Shown one piece after another: positions 40,427-49,800 of a stretch of DNA of 64,000 bases; positions within the stretch are counted from its first letter, which is position 1, and every line of letters begins with the position of its first letter. The notes beneath the pieces are model-generated. The model saw nothing but the letters and a program-made list of their open reading frames with translations. It had not been told where the DNA came from and did no database searches. Source of the stretch: Deltaproteobacteria bacterium (lineage in GTDB: Bacteria; Myxococcota; Kuafuiibacteriia; Kuafuiibacteriales; Kuafuiibacteriaceae); the NCBI GenBank assembly GCA_040218735.1, contig JAVJQW010000046.1, positions 128,001 to 192,000 on the forward strand, written 5' to 3'. Position numbers and translations under genes: made by a program.

Positions 40427-41080
40427 TCAGTAGCCGATGTAGATCGAGGCCGTCATGGAGATGCCGTCGAGGTTGTTCACGTCACGTCCGTTCATGAGGA
40501 GACCCCCACCCACAGCGCCTCCGAGCACCACGGCGTCGAGGTCGTCCTCCAGCCCGATCTGCGCCCCCAGGAAGAAGACACCGTCCCCGTTGCGGCGAAT
40601 CCCGGGCTCTCCGCTGAACCCGTCGCCCTCGGCGTGCATGTCCGACAGGAACTCGAGCTTGGGGCCGACGTAGGGCCTGACCCCGGTCCCCTCGTAGACC
40701 AGCAGCGGCGCCACCGTGACGCGGTGGATCGTGATGTTCGAGCGCTGGGTCAGCCGGAACCGCAGCAGCTCGCCGCCGCCCGCGAGCACGACGCGTAGCT
40801 TGTCCGACGCTCGGATGTGCAGCCGCAGCTCCCCCAGCGCACCGTAGGCGACGCTCTCGAAGACCGGGAGTGTCACCGTCGCGCCGAGCGTCACGTCGAA
40901 GAAGTCGATCGGTGCGAACCGAAACCACGCCGTGAGCTCGGGATCGGCCTCGATCCCCGGACCGGTGAAGCTCCCGCCGACCATGTAGTCGAAGGTCTCG
41001 AGCTGCTTCACGGGGCGGACCCCCGAGACACACCCGGTCCCCAGCGCGAGGCAGCCCAACAGCAGAACGAGGCGCCGCAT
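40427..41080 (-). CDS. Hypothetical lipoprotein, possibly outer-membrane beta-barrel
   Basis: MRRLVLLLGCLALGTGC; amphipathic strands ending YIGY. Confidence 0.7.
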   Translation of the reverse strand: MRRLVLLLGCLALGTGCVSGVRPVKQLETFDYMVGGSFTGPGIEADPELTAWFRFAPIDFFDVTLGATVTLPVFESVAYGALGELRLHIRASDKLRVVLAGGGELLRFRLTQRSNITIHRVTVAPLLVYEGTGVRPYVGPKLEFLSDMHAEGDGFSGEPGIRRNGDGVFFLGAQIGLEDDLDAVVLGGAVGGGLLMNGRDVNNLDGISMTASIYIGY

Positions 41081-41763
41081 CAGAACCGCCCTCCGATCAG
41101 GAAAGAGGTGCGGTCGGAGCTGATGTCGACGGAGGGCACGATCTCGACCTCGTCGACGTACGCCAGGACCAGGCCGTCGATCAGCAGCGCCGCGGCCGCG
41201 CCGAGCAACAACCCGGCGATCGCGATGCCCCCCGAGTCCGAGTCCCCGGCGATCGGGAGCCCGACGATCAACAGCCCTAGGCTCCCCACGAGCGGCGTCC
41301 CCGCGTTCAGCGCGATCGACGCGAGCCCCTCCTCGAAGTTGCCGTACGCCCAGTGCACCGCGGTCGGCCCGAGCAGGTAGGTCGTGATCCCCGCGTAGAT
41401 GAGCAGCGCGCTCTCCGAGAAGCCGCCGCCCACCGCGACGCCGAGCCCGAGCAGACCGAGCGCCACGTTGCCGATGCCGTACGAGATCCGTTCGTCCCCC
41501 TCCAGCTTGCGCATCTTCGGCTGGGGCTTCGCGGGCGGCGGCGCCGGCGGTGGCGCCTCGACCTCGATCCGCGGCGCGCCCGGCTCCGCCTCGGGCTCGG
41601 GCGCCTCTTCGGGCTCGTTCACGAACAGCTCGCCCGGTCCGAGGGGCGGCGTGTCGGGGGAGACGAACGTGATGTCCGGGGTGTCGACGACGGTCGCGGT
41701 GGTCGTCGTCGAGACCTGGGGCACCGCCGCGACGGTCCACGCGGCGATCAAGGGGAGCAGCAT
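41080..41763 (-). CDS. Hypothetical exported/membrane protein
   Basis: Signal peptide, Pro/Glu linker, Gly-rich hydrophobic helices, C-terminal GGRF. Confidence 0.7.
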   Translation of the reverse strand: MLLPLIAAWTVAAVPQVSTTTTATVVDTPDITFVSPDTPPLGPGELFVNEPEEAPEPEAEPGAPRIEVEAPPPAPPPAKPQPKMRKLEGDERISYGIGNVALGLLGLGVAVGGGFSESALLIYAGITTYLLGPTAVHWAYGNFEEGLASIALNAGTPLVGSLGLLIVGLPIAGDSDSGGIAIAGLLLGAAAALLIDGLVLAYVDEVEIVPSVDISSDRTSFLIGGRF

Positions 41764-41987
41764 CGCGCGCCCCCTCTCTGCACGACGGGTGCCGCACGCG
41801 CGGACGGGGCACGCGCCCCTCGATCCGCCCCACACCCTGACGCGGACGCCTTCGTCCCGTGACGCGCTCGCCCCACCGAACCGCAAGGCGACGACGAATC
41901 GAGCCGGCGCGCAAGCGCGTGACCGACGTCATCGGTGTTGTCGCCGTGTAATCGGCGCTGCGGGGCCTATTGCGTAGGCTGGTCGGG

Positions 41988-42392
41988 ATGCACGCCGGCC
42001 CCGTCACGAGCTGCGCGCCGGGGCTGACTACCTCTCTCGCCTCGGCTACTTCGGCGCCGAGCAGGGGGCCGCGATCGATCTCCTCCGTCGCGCCGCGCCC
42101 GACCTCGGCCCCGACGCCGTGCTCGACGGCCCCGTCACCGTGCCGTCCCGTACACAGATCGCGCAGCACGCTGCACAGTTCGCCGCCGACGTGTTCGCCG
42201 CCCCCTCGGCGCCCGTCGCCGACGCGCCCGAGGGGGCGCCGCGTGTCATCCACCGCCCCCGCGCGCGCCCGCCGCGCCGCGACCGCGAGCCGCATGTCAC
42301 CCGAGCGGCAGACCGCGCGCATTCGCGATCTGACTCAGCGCCGCGACGCGCTCACTTCACGAGGTCCTTCGCGACCCGTTCACACATCGTGA
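41988..42392 (+). pseudogene. Possible frameshifted small gene
   Basis: TAGGCT-N7-ATG at 41988, but the protein-like reading (ADYLSRLGYFGAEQGAAIDLLRRAAPDL...) is in another frame. Confidence 0.3.
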
Positions 42393-43509
42393 GGAAACCT
42401 TCCGCCGCGCAGCTCCCCTGCGACGACGCGGCCTTCACCGTGACCTCCGAGCGCAGGTCGATCAGCTCACCGTTCAAGACACAGCGCGACCCGAACTTCG
42501 TGATGCGCGAACGGAGGATGTGGGTCGCCGCGAGCGCCTTGCCGAGCTCGATCTGACACGAGTCGTCGTAGCAGGCCTTGTAGCTGTCGCTCTTGAGCGA
42601 GCTGACCTGATCCTTGAGCGCGCGCTCCTGCGAGCTGCGGTCGATCGTCCGCACGCCGGACTGCGTGACGAAAACGCGGAGCTGATCGCCGAGGTTTCGG
42701 ACCAACGACTTGTCGATCCGATTCTTGCGGCTCTTGGCGTTCATGTCCTCGACGTCCATCACCGCGAGCACCCAGCTCTTCGTGTGCGCGGCGGCCTTCC
42801 CCGGCGATGACGGCGGTGGCGCGCTCGTCGTCGTGGGCGGCGGTGGCGCGCTCGTGGTCGGCGGCGGGGGAGGGGGCGGCGGAGGCGCCGCGACGAGGGC
42901 GCTCGGATCCAACACGAGGCGCCCCGAGGTGGTGTTCGGGATCTGCGCGGTGAACGTCGCGTTCGGGAGGCCGCTCGCGGTGCCCTGGTATTGGATCTCG
43001 GTCGTGCCGATCACCTTGCTGTTCGAGACGCTCGGTGAGCTCGCGCTGCGGACGCCGCCCCAGATGGTGTCGACCAACCCGGCGAGGAGGAAGAAACCGC
43101 CGGCCGCGAGGAGCGGGTCCGTGTCCTCTTCGGAGGACGCTGGCCCATCGAACGAAGTCGAGTCCCCGGTGTCCACCGCGAGCGCGAGGCCCATCCCCAC
43201 GACGAGCTCGACGATGCCGACGACCAGCATCGGGACCCACCCGTCGGACTCGGTGGTCTCCTCGACCTCGTAGCTCACGCTGTCGTTCAGCGGCGCGGCG
43301 CCGAGCGCCTTCTGCTCGCCGCCGTAGGTCCGTGTGACCTGCGCGCCGGCCGGCTGCGACTCCAGCCGCAGCTGGTGGGTCTTCTGCGTTCGCTCCGTCT
43401 CTTGGCTCGTCCACCCGAAGGCGAACTGCGTCGGAATGCCGCATCCGGCCATCGAAGCGGCGCAGGTGAGGGCGAGGGCTGCCCGTAGGATCTGCTGCAG
43501 GTGGGCCAC
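42352..43509 (-). CDS. Lipoprotein with PEGA-like segment, Pro/Thr linker and CsgG/TolB-N-like C-terminal domain
   Basis: Lipobox MAGC; LESQPAGAQV; C.DDSCQIELGKAL.A. Confidence 0.7.
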   Translation of the reverse strand: MAHLQQILRAALALTCAASMAGCGIPTQFAFGWTSQETERTQKTHQLRLESQPAGAQVTRTYGGEQKALGAAPLNDSVSYEVEETTESDGWVPMLVVGIVELVVGMGLALAVDTGDSTSFDGPASSEEDTDPLLAAGGFFLLAGLVDTIWGGVRSASSPSVSNSKVIGTTEIQYQGTASGLPNATFTAQIPNTTSGRLVLDPSALVAAPPPPPPPPPTTSAPPPPTTTSAPPPSSPGKAAAHTKSWVLAVMDVEDMNAKSRKNRIDKSLVRNLGDQLRVFVTQSGVRTIDRSSQERALKDQVSSLKSDSYKACYDDSCQIELGKALAATHILRSRITKFGSRCVLNGELIDLRSEVTVKAASSQGSCAAEGFLTMCERVAKDLVK

Positions 43510-43594
43510 GTGGCCGGGACGCTAACGTCGAAGCGCCGCCGATGTCGAGATCGCGTGCGGGCGGGGCCCAGCGAGGTTAAAGGGACGTCGAGGC

Positions 43595-44932
43595 ATGTCC
43601 GAAGCGCTGACCGTCCACCGTCTGCAGTTCGCGTTCACGGTGACGTATCACTACCTCTTCCCGCAGCTCACGATGGGGCTCGCGCTCATCCTCGTCCTGC
43701 TGCGCACGCTCGGGATGCGGACGGGCGACGCGAAGTACGTCGAGATCGCGCGCTTCCTCCAGAAGATCTTCCTCGTCAGCTTCGGCTTCGGCGTCGTGAC
43801 CGGCATCCCGATGGAGTTCCAGTTCGGCACCAACTGGGCGGCGTTTTCGCGCGGGGCGGGGAGCATCGTCGGACAGACCCTCGCGATGGAGGGGGTGTTC
43901 GCGTTCTTCCTGGAGTCGTCGTTCCTGGGTTTTCTGATCTACGGCGAAGACAAACTCGGGGAGCGCGGCACACTCGTCGTCACGGTGTTGTTGTTCGTCG
44001 GCTCCTGGTTGTCCGGCTTCTTCATCATCGTGACGGACGCGTGGATGCAGCACCCCGTCGGTTACGTCATCACGGAGGACGGCACCCTCGCGCTCACCAG
44101 CCTCCTCGACGTGCTCCTCAACGAGTGGGCGTGGTGGCAGTTCGCCCACAACATGCTGGGCGCGACCGTCACCGGCGCCTTCGTCAGCACCGGCATCGCC
44201 GCCTTCTACCTGTTGTCGGGGCGCGCGACCGCACACGCCGAGACGTTGATCCGCGTGACCATCCCGACCGCGCTCGCCGCGTGTGTGCTCTTGGTCTTCC
44301 CCACCGGCGATCAGCAGGGGCGCCTCGTCGCGCAACACCAACCCGTCACGCTCGCCGCGATGGAAGGGCTATTCGACACCCACGAGGGCGCGCCGCTCGC
44401 GCTGATCGGACAGCCCAACGTCGACGAGCGTCGCCTCGACAACCCGCTCGAGATCCCGAACATGTTGTCGTTCCTCACGTACAAACGATGGAACGCCGAG
44501 GTCCGCGGGCTCGACGCGTTCCCGGAGGAGACGTGGCCCGACAACATCCCGCTGCTGTACTTCGCGTACCACGTGATGGTCGGCCTCGGGACGATGTTCA
44601 TCGCGGTGCTCTCGATTGCGTTCCTTCTGCTGCTGAAGAAGCGCCTCACCACCACCCGCCCCGTGCTCTACGTGCTGATGTTGTTCAGCCCGCTCCCGTT
44701 CGTCGCGAACACCGCCGGCTGGATGACCGCGGAGCTCGGCCGTCAGCCCTGGCTGATCTACGGCGTGCTGAAGACGGCCGACGGCGCGTCGCCGCACGTC
44801 GGCGCGGGCAACGCGATGTTCACGCTGCTCGGGTACATGGGCCTGTACACCGTGCTGAGCCTCCTCTACGTGCTGCTGATCGTCCGCGAGCTCGAGCACG
44901 GCCCCGAGCACCACCAAAAGGAGGTCGCGTGA
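43595..44932 (+). CDS. cydA: Cytochrome bd ubiquinol oxidase subunit I
   Basis: RLQFAFT..YHYLFP, MEFQFGTNW, QPVTLAAMEG, ELGRQPW. Confidence 0.96.
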   Translation: MSEALTVHRLQFAFTVTYHYLFPQLTMGLALILVLLRTLGMRTGDAKYVEIARFLQKIFLVSFGFGVVTGIPMEFQFGTNWAAFSRGAGSIVGQTLAMEGVFAFFLESSFLGFLIYGEDKLGERGTLVVTVLLFVGSWLSGFFIIVTDAWMQHPVGYVITEDGTLALTSLLDVLLNEWAWWQFAHNMLGATVTGAFVSTGIAAFYLLSGRATAHAETLIRVTIPTALAACVLLVFPTGDQQGRLVAQHQPVTLAAMEGLFDTHEGAPLALIGQPNVDERRLDNPLEIPNMLSFLTYKRWNAEVRGLDAFPEETWPDNIPLLYFAYHVMVGLGTMFIAVLSIAFLLLLKKRLTTTRPVLYVLMLFSPLPFVANTAGWMTAELGRQPWLIYGVLKTADGASPHVGAGNAMFTLLGYMGLYTVLSLLYVLLIVRELEHGPEHHQKEVA

Positions 44933-45966
44933 TGGAGACGGTCTGGTTCGCGCTCCTCACGTTCCTCCTCGCCGGGTACGTCGTGCTCGACGGCTTCGAT
45001 CTCGGCGCGGGGGCGATCAGCCCGTGGGTCGCACGCACCCGCGACGAGCGTGCGGCGTTGCTCCGATCCATCGGCCCGCTCTGGGACGGCAACGAAGTCT
45101 GGCTCATCGCCGCGGGGGGGACGTTGTTCATGGCGTTCCCGCGCCTGTTCTCCGCGGCCTTCGCGGGCTTCTACCTCCCGCTCACGATCTTCGTGTGGCT
45201 GATCGTGTTGCGCGGCCTCTCCATCGAGCTGCGCGGACACTTCGAGTCACCGGTGTGGATCGACATCTGGGACTTCGTGTTCTTCGCGTCGAGCGCGCTG
45301 CTCGCGTTGGTACTCGGTGTCGCGCTCGGCAACGTCGTGCGGGGCGTCCCGCTCGACGGCGAAGGCTGGTTCTTCACGCCGCTGTGGACGGACTTCACCC
45401 ACGACGGTCACGTCGGCGTCCTCGACCCGTACACCCTCCTCGTCGGCACCACCGCGCTCAGCGCGCTCGCGTTGCACGGCGCCTCGTGGGTCGCGCACGC
45501 GACGGGCGGTGACCTCGCCGCCCGCGCGCGCCGCGGAGCGACGCGGCTGTGGTGGTCGACCGCGCTGCTCACCACCGGGATGACCGCGGCGTCGTTCGCG
45601 CTGCAGCCGCAGCTCTCCGCCAACCTCGCCGACCAGCCCTGGGGCGCCGCCTTCCCGCTCGTCGCGCTCGGGGGGCTGCTCGCGCACCGCGTGTACCTCG
45701 GCCGCGACGCGCCCACCCGCGCGTTCCTCGGCTCGGGCACCTACCTCGCCGGGATGCTCGCGAGCGTGGCGTTCGGTCTGTACCCGCTGGTCCTCCCGTC
45801 GACGCTCGAGCCGGCCCACGCGCTCACTGCGGCCAACGCCCACGGCCCCGGCGACGGCACGACGGTGGCGCTGTTCTGGTGGATCCCGGGGATGGCGTTG
45901 GTGCTGGGTTACACCGTCCTCGTGTATCGCACGTTCGGGCGAGCAAAAGTGGCCGACCCGAGTTGA
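44932..45966 (+). CDS. cydB: Cytochrome bd ubiquinol oxidase subunit II
   Basis: YVVLDGFDLGAG, SIGPLWDGNEVWLI; start overlaps the cydA stop. Confidence 0.96.
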   Translation: METVWFALLTFLLAGYVVLDGFDLGAGAISPWVARTRDERAALLRSIGPLWDGNEVWLIAAGGTLFMAFPRLFSAAFAGFYLPLTIFVWLIVLRGLSIELRGHFESPVWIDIWDFVFFASSALLALVLGVALGNVVRGVPLDGEGWFFTPLWTDFTHDGHVGVLDPYTLLVGTTALSALALHGASWVAHATGGDLAARARRGATRLWWSTALLTTGMTAASFALQPQLSANLADQPWGAAFPLVALGGLLAHRVYLGRDAPTRAFLGSGTYLAGMLASVAFGLYPLVLPSTLEPAHALTAANAHGPGDGTTVALFWWIPGMALVLGYTVLVYRTFGRAKVADPS

Positions 45967-46011
45967 GAATCCACCCAACGCGCCGAACTGAATCCTTGGA
46001 GGGAGCTCAGG

Positions 46012-46182
46012 ATGCGCGCGGTGGAGTTGATGGTGGCGCTGGGGATGATCATCACGATGGCAAAGGCCATCTGGTCCGACGAAGCGCCGGTGAGGACCGC
46101 GCGCGTCTGTGTCCTCGAACCGGTCGTCGATGGCCCCGTCACGCCGGACGCGTCGATCGACTTCCACCCGTTCTGCCAGTGA
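46012..46182 (+). CDS. Small 56-aa hypothetical protein
   Basis: GGAGGG RBS; MRAVELMVALGMIITMAKAIW...DFHPFCQ*. Confidence 0.5.
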   Translation: MRAVELMVALGMIITMAKAIWSDEAPVRTARVCVLEPVVDGPVTPDASIDFHPFCQ

Positions 46183-46195
46183 CGAAGAAACCGCG

Positions 46196-46224
46196 TTGAC
46201 GGTGCCCGATCACGTCTCTACCTT
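46196..46224 (+). promoter_or_regulatory. Near-consensus sigma70 promoter
   Basis: TTGACG-N17-TACCTT. Confidence 0.6.
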
Positions 46225-46230
46225 GGCCGT

Positions 46231-46847
46231 TAACGGCGTCCGTCGGACGTCGGATCTTTTGCCACGTCTCGAACTGTGAACCTTCACGACGCGGACCGGA
46301 CTGGCCGCGTGCTCGAAAACCTAGCCTGAGCAACACACGACGCTAGAGCGCCTCTTCTTCGCGAAGGGACGTTCGCGGCGCACGCACCCCCGGCCCCGTT
46401 CGCGGGACAATCCGGTGCGTCGCCGTGGTTCACGCCGGTGTGGCGGCCACTCGGATGGGAGCGGCCGTGGCGTGAAGCCTGCCCTCACGTTTCACCATCG
46501 GCTGCGGTTCGCCGTGGCGCGTTGGGGCTGTGGGCCGTTCGCCTTCGGGCGGGCGCCGTTCCTCCACACCGTCGATCGCTCGGGCATCCAGGTTCGATGG
46601 TGCCGTGCACCGCGAAAACACGCCCCGATGCCACCGCCGGCGATTCCCGTCCGGCGTCGAGCCCTGGGGCCGCGGTCGACGGCACCTACGAACCGCCGGG
46701 GAGCCCAAGCGGTCCCGGGGCGAACGGACGATCCGGGCTGCCTCGCGACCCGCCCGCGCGTGACGGAAACGAAAAGAGTCTTCGCATGAATGACAACCTC
46801 GAACCCGCTCGGGCTCGGCCGCTTATCCACCCTGCGGCCGGGCCCGA
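46231..46847 (+). ncRNA. Candidate structured non-coding RNA or long leader
   Basis: Follows the promoter, no credible ORF, several stems including a cUUCGg tetraloop. Confidence 0.3.
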
Positions 46848-46868
46848 ACGCTGCTATGTCCGAGGTGC

Positions 46869-49800
46869 GTGCGGGATCTGTGGCTGTACGATCGGCTCGC
46901 CGCCGACGTGATCGACCGCGAGCTCCTCGGTGAGCTCACCGAGCTCGCCGCGCAGCGTCACACGGTGCGCGCGCCGTTCCTCGCACGCCTGTACCCCCAC
47001 GCGACCCACGAAGACCCCGAGCTCCGCGCCACCATCGTCGCCTGCTTCGCAGGGGTCGAAGGGTACGAAGGCCTCCGCGTCATCGTCCGCGCCCTGAACG
47101 ACGAGATCGCTCAGGTCCGCGACGCCGCCGTCACCGCGCTCCTGAAGACCGGGGCGCGCGCGAACCTCCGCCTCGCCCACGGCCTGTTCCACCACCGCCC
47201 CGACGTCCGCGCGCGCGTCGTCGCGGAGAGCAGCGTCCCGGGCGCGCTCGCGGCGCACCTCCTCGCAGATCCGGCCTCGCGTGACGTCGTCATCGAGCGC
47301 GCCCCTCAGCTCATCCACGGCGGCGACGGGGTCGAGACGATCGTCATGCTCCACACCACGGGTGTCGTCCCGCGCGAAGTCACGCGCGCGGCGCTCCTCG
47401 CGCTGGAGTGGGACGAGCGCACGCAGCCGCTCCTGGAGGGCCTGCCGATCGGGGTGCTCCCGCTGCTGCCGAAGAACCGCGCCGCGCTCGACGAGAGCCT
47501 CCAGGCCGAGAGCAACGACCGGCTCGACGTCGTGCTCCGGCTCGTCGGTGACGACGCCGGGTTCGTCGAGCGCTTCGTGCGGGGCGCGAAGCGGCGCTCC
47601 GTCCAGGGCGCTCAGGGGCTGCGCGTCGCGTGGTCGATCGCTCGGGTCGTCGCGTCGTTCGAGGACCCGCCGCCCGAGATGATCGCGCTGAGCGCGGCGC
47701 ACTTGCCGCTGCTGCTGGCGCACCCGGTGCTGGAGGTCGGCGTCGCGAAGGCGGCGGCGCGTCTGATCGCCGAGCTCCGTCCCAAGGCGGACCTCGAGGA
47801 CCCGCTCGCCGACGTCTTCGGGACGCCGGTGTGCCTCGACGGCGCGATGCTCGACCTCGACGTCATCTCCGGGATCCTGATGCTGTCGAAGGTCCCGCCG
47901 GTGGTGTCGATCGCGACCTACGGGACGATCGCCGAGTGGGAGGCGGCGATCCGCGCGAACCCACGGGCCGGAGTGCCGCTGCTTGCGCAGACGCCGCCGA
48001 GCAAACACGCGAAGCTGTTTCGGGAGCTCGTCGGTGCGCTGCTCGTGTCTCCGCGTCGCGACGCGGAGCTCGTGCTCGACGTCGTCGCCACGGTCTCGAA
48101 CGTGCGCTCGGAGCTGTACTTCCTGGAGGAGGCGGCGTCGCGCGATCGCGACCTCGTGTGGCTGCTCGTGCAGACCGCGATGCGGCGCGAGCGCGAGGGG
48201 TCGTTCGCGTTGTCGAACGTGCAGCGCTCGCGGCTCGTCACTTGGCTCGCCGCGCGCCTCGACGCCGCACAGCTCGACACACTGATGATTCACGTCGCGA
48301 CACGCGCCCAGGTCGAGGGTCAGACCCTCGCCGACGAGATCGTGTGCGCTGCGAGCCGTGCGCGGGGGGAGGGTGTGGCGGATCGTGTCGCTGCGTTCGC
48401 CGTCGAACACCAGCGCGCGGTGCTGATGTGGACGCGCCGCTTCGCGCACTTCCCCTCTGCGGTGTTCTTCGCGATCGCGGGGCGCCTCGCCGCGAGCCCG
48501 GACGCCGAGGTGCGTGCGCTCGCGCAGATCGTCCAGGCGCCGGCGTCGCCCGAGATGCGGATGACGGAGGAGCGCTCGGACGTTCGTGCGCTGACCGAAG
48601 AAGAGACGGACGCGATCCTCGCCGCCGACTCGGCGGATCTCTTCTCGGCGCTGCGCGTGGTCTACACCCACCCGGTGCGCGGCGTCGCGCGCGCGTTGTT
48701 GGATCGCAAGGAGGCCGCGCCGAGCCCGCGCATCGCGGCGGCGATCCTCTTCGGCTTCGACGACCCGGTTCTCACGAGCCGCGCGTTCTCGCGGTACACC
48801 GAGGACGAAGAGACGTTCTGGTCGACGCTCGAGACCGAGATGGTCGACCGCGGTCGCCGCGCGCCGTTCATCCCGCTGATCGCCGCGGCGTGGCTGCACC
48901 GCTGGGAGATCCCGCTGCAGAGCTTGGAGCGCGAGGTGCTCGCGCACCCCGAGGGGCCGTCGGCCGTGCTGCGGGCGAGCCTCTACTGGCCCGCGCCGCT
49001 CCTCGTCACGCAGGTGTGGTGCGGGTTCGCGCGCCTCGCGGCGGTGTGGCGGATGCGTGATCATGAGCGGTTCGCGCGCGTCTTCGACGAGGACCTGGGG
49101 CGGATGGTCGCGATCCAGGTGCACCTGCACGGCGTGCCCGCGGCGCGCATCCTCGTGGAGATGTTCCTCGGCGGCGTCGAGGCCGACGTGATGGAGCGTC
49201 TGCAGCACCTCGTCGTCGCGTTGTTGGATCGCACGACCGAGGTGACGCGCGCGGAGCTCTCGCGCTGGTTCGACACGGACGTCAGCGGCGCGCACGCGGT
49301 CGCGACGGAGGTGGCCACCGACGAGACGTTGGTCGCGGAGGCGATGCGCACGGACGACCCCGCGCGGCTCGCGGAGCTCGCGGCGTGTGATCAGCTGTTC
49401 GTCGCACGCGCCGCGCTCCCGCGGATCGACGAACCGCAGCACCTCGTCGCGCGGGTGCGATCGGGGGCGGTCGGCTTCGGTCGTCACGTGGCCGAGCGCC
49501 TCCTCGCGATCGCGGACCCGGCGACGCTCGACGCGCTCCTCGGAGAGGACGTGGATCCCGCGCTGCGTTTTGCGTTGGGGATGGCGCGCCTGCCGGACGA
49601 GCCGGAGGTGTGGCCTCGTCTCGCGGCGGCGATCTGCGCGCCGTCCGGTCGGCGCTGGTTCCTCGACGACGACCTCACGGCGATCCGCGACGCGGGCGTG
49701 CTCGAGCACCGCATCGGCTGTGACCTCGCGACCTCCGACCAGCTCGCGGCGTACGCCGAGGCGGTGCGGATCCTCGTCGAGAGCGAGATGGGCGGTGAGG

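Noticed and set aside
42810-42890. Short direct repeats GGCGGTGGCGCGCTCGT
   Set aside because: Encode a Pro/Thr linker (TTSAPPP x2); not a CRISPR or mobile repeat
43501-44931. 821-aa extended CydB
   Set aside because: The extension overlaps cydA out of frame; real start is ATG 44932
46823-46831. Replication origin from a DnaA-box-like 9-mer
   Set aside because: Single imperfect box, no AT-rich unwinding element or dnaA nearby
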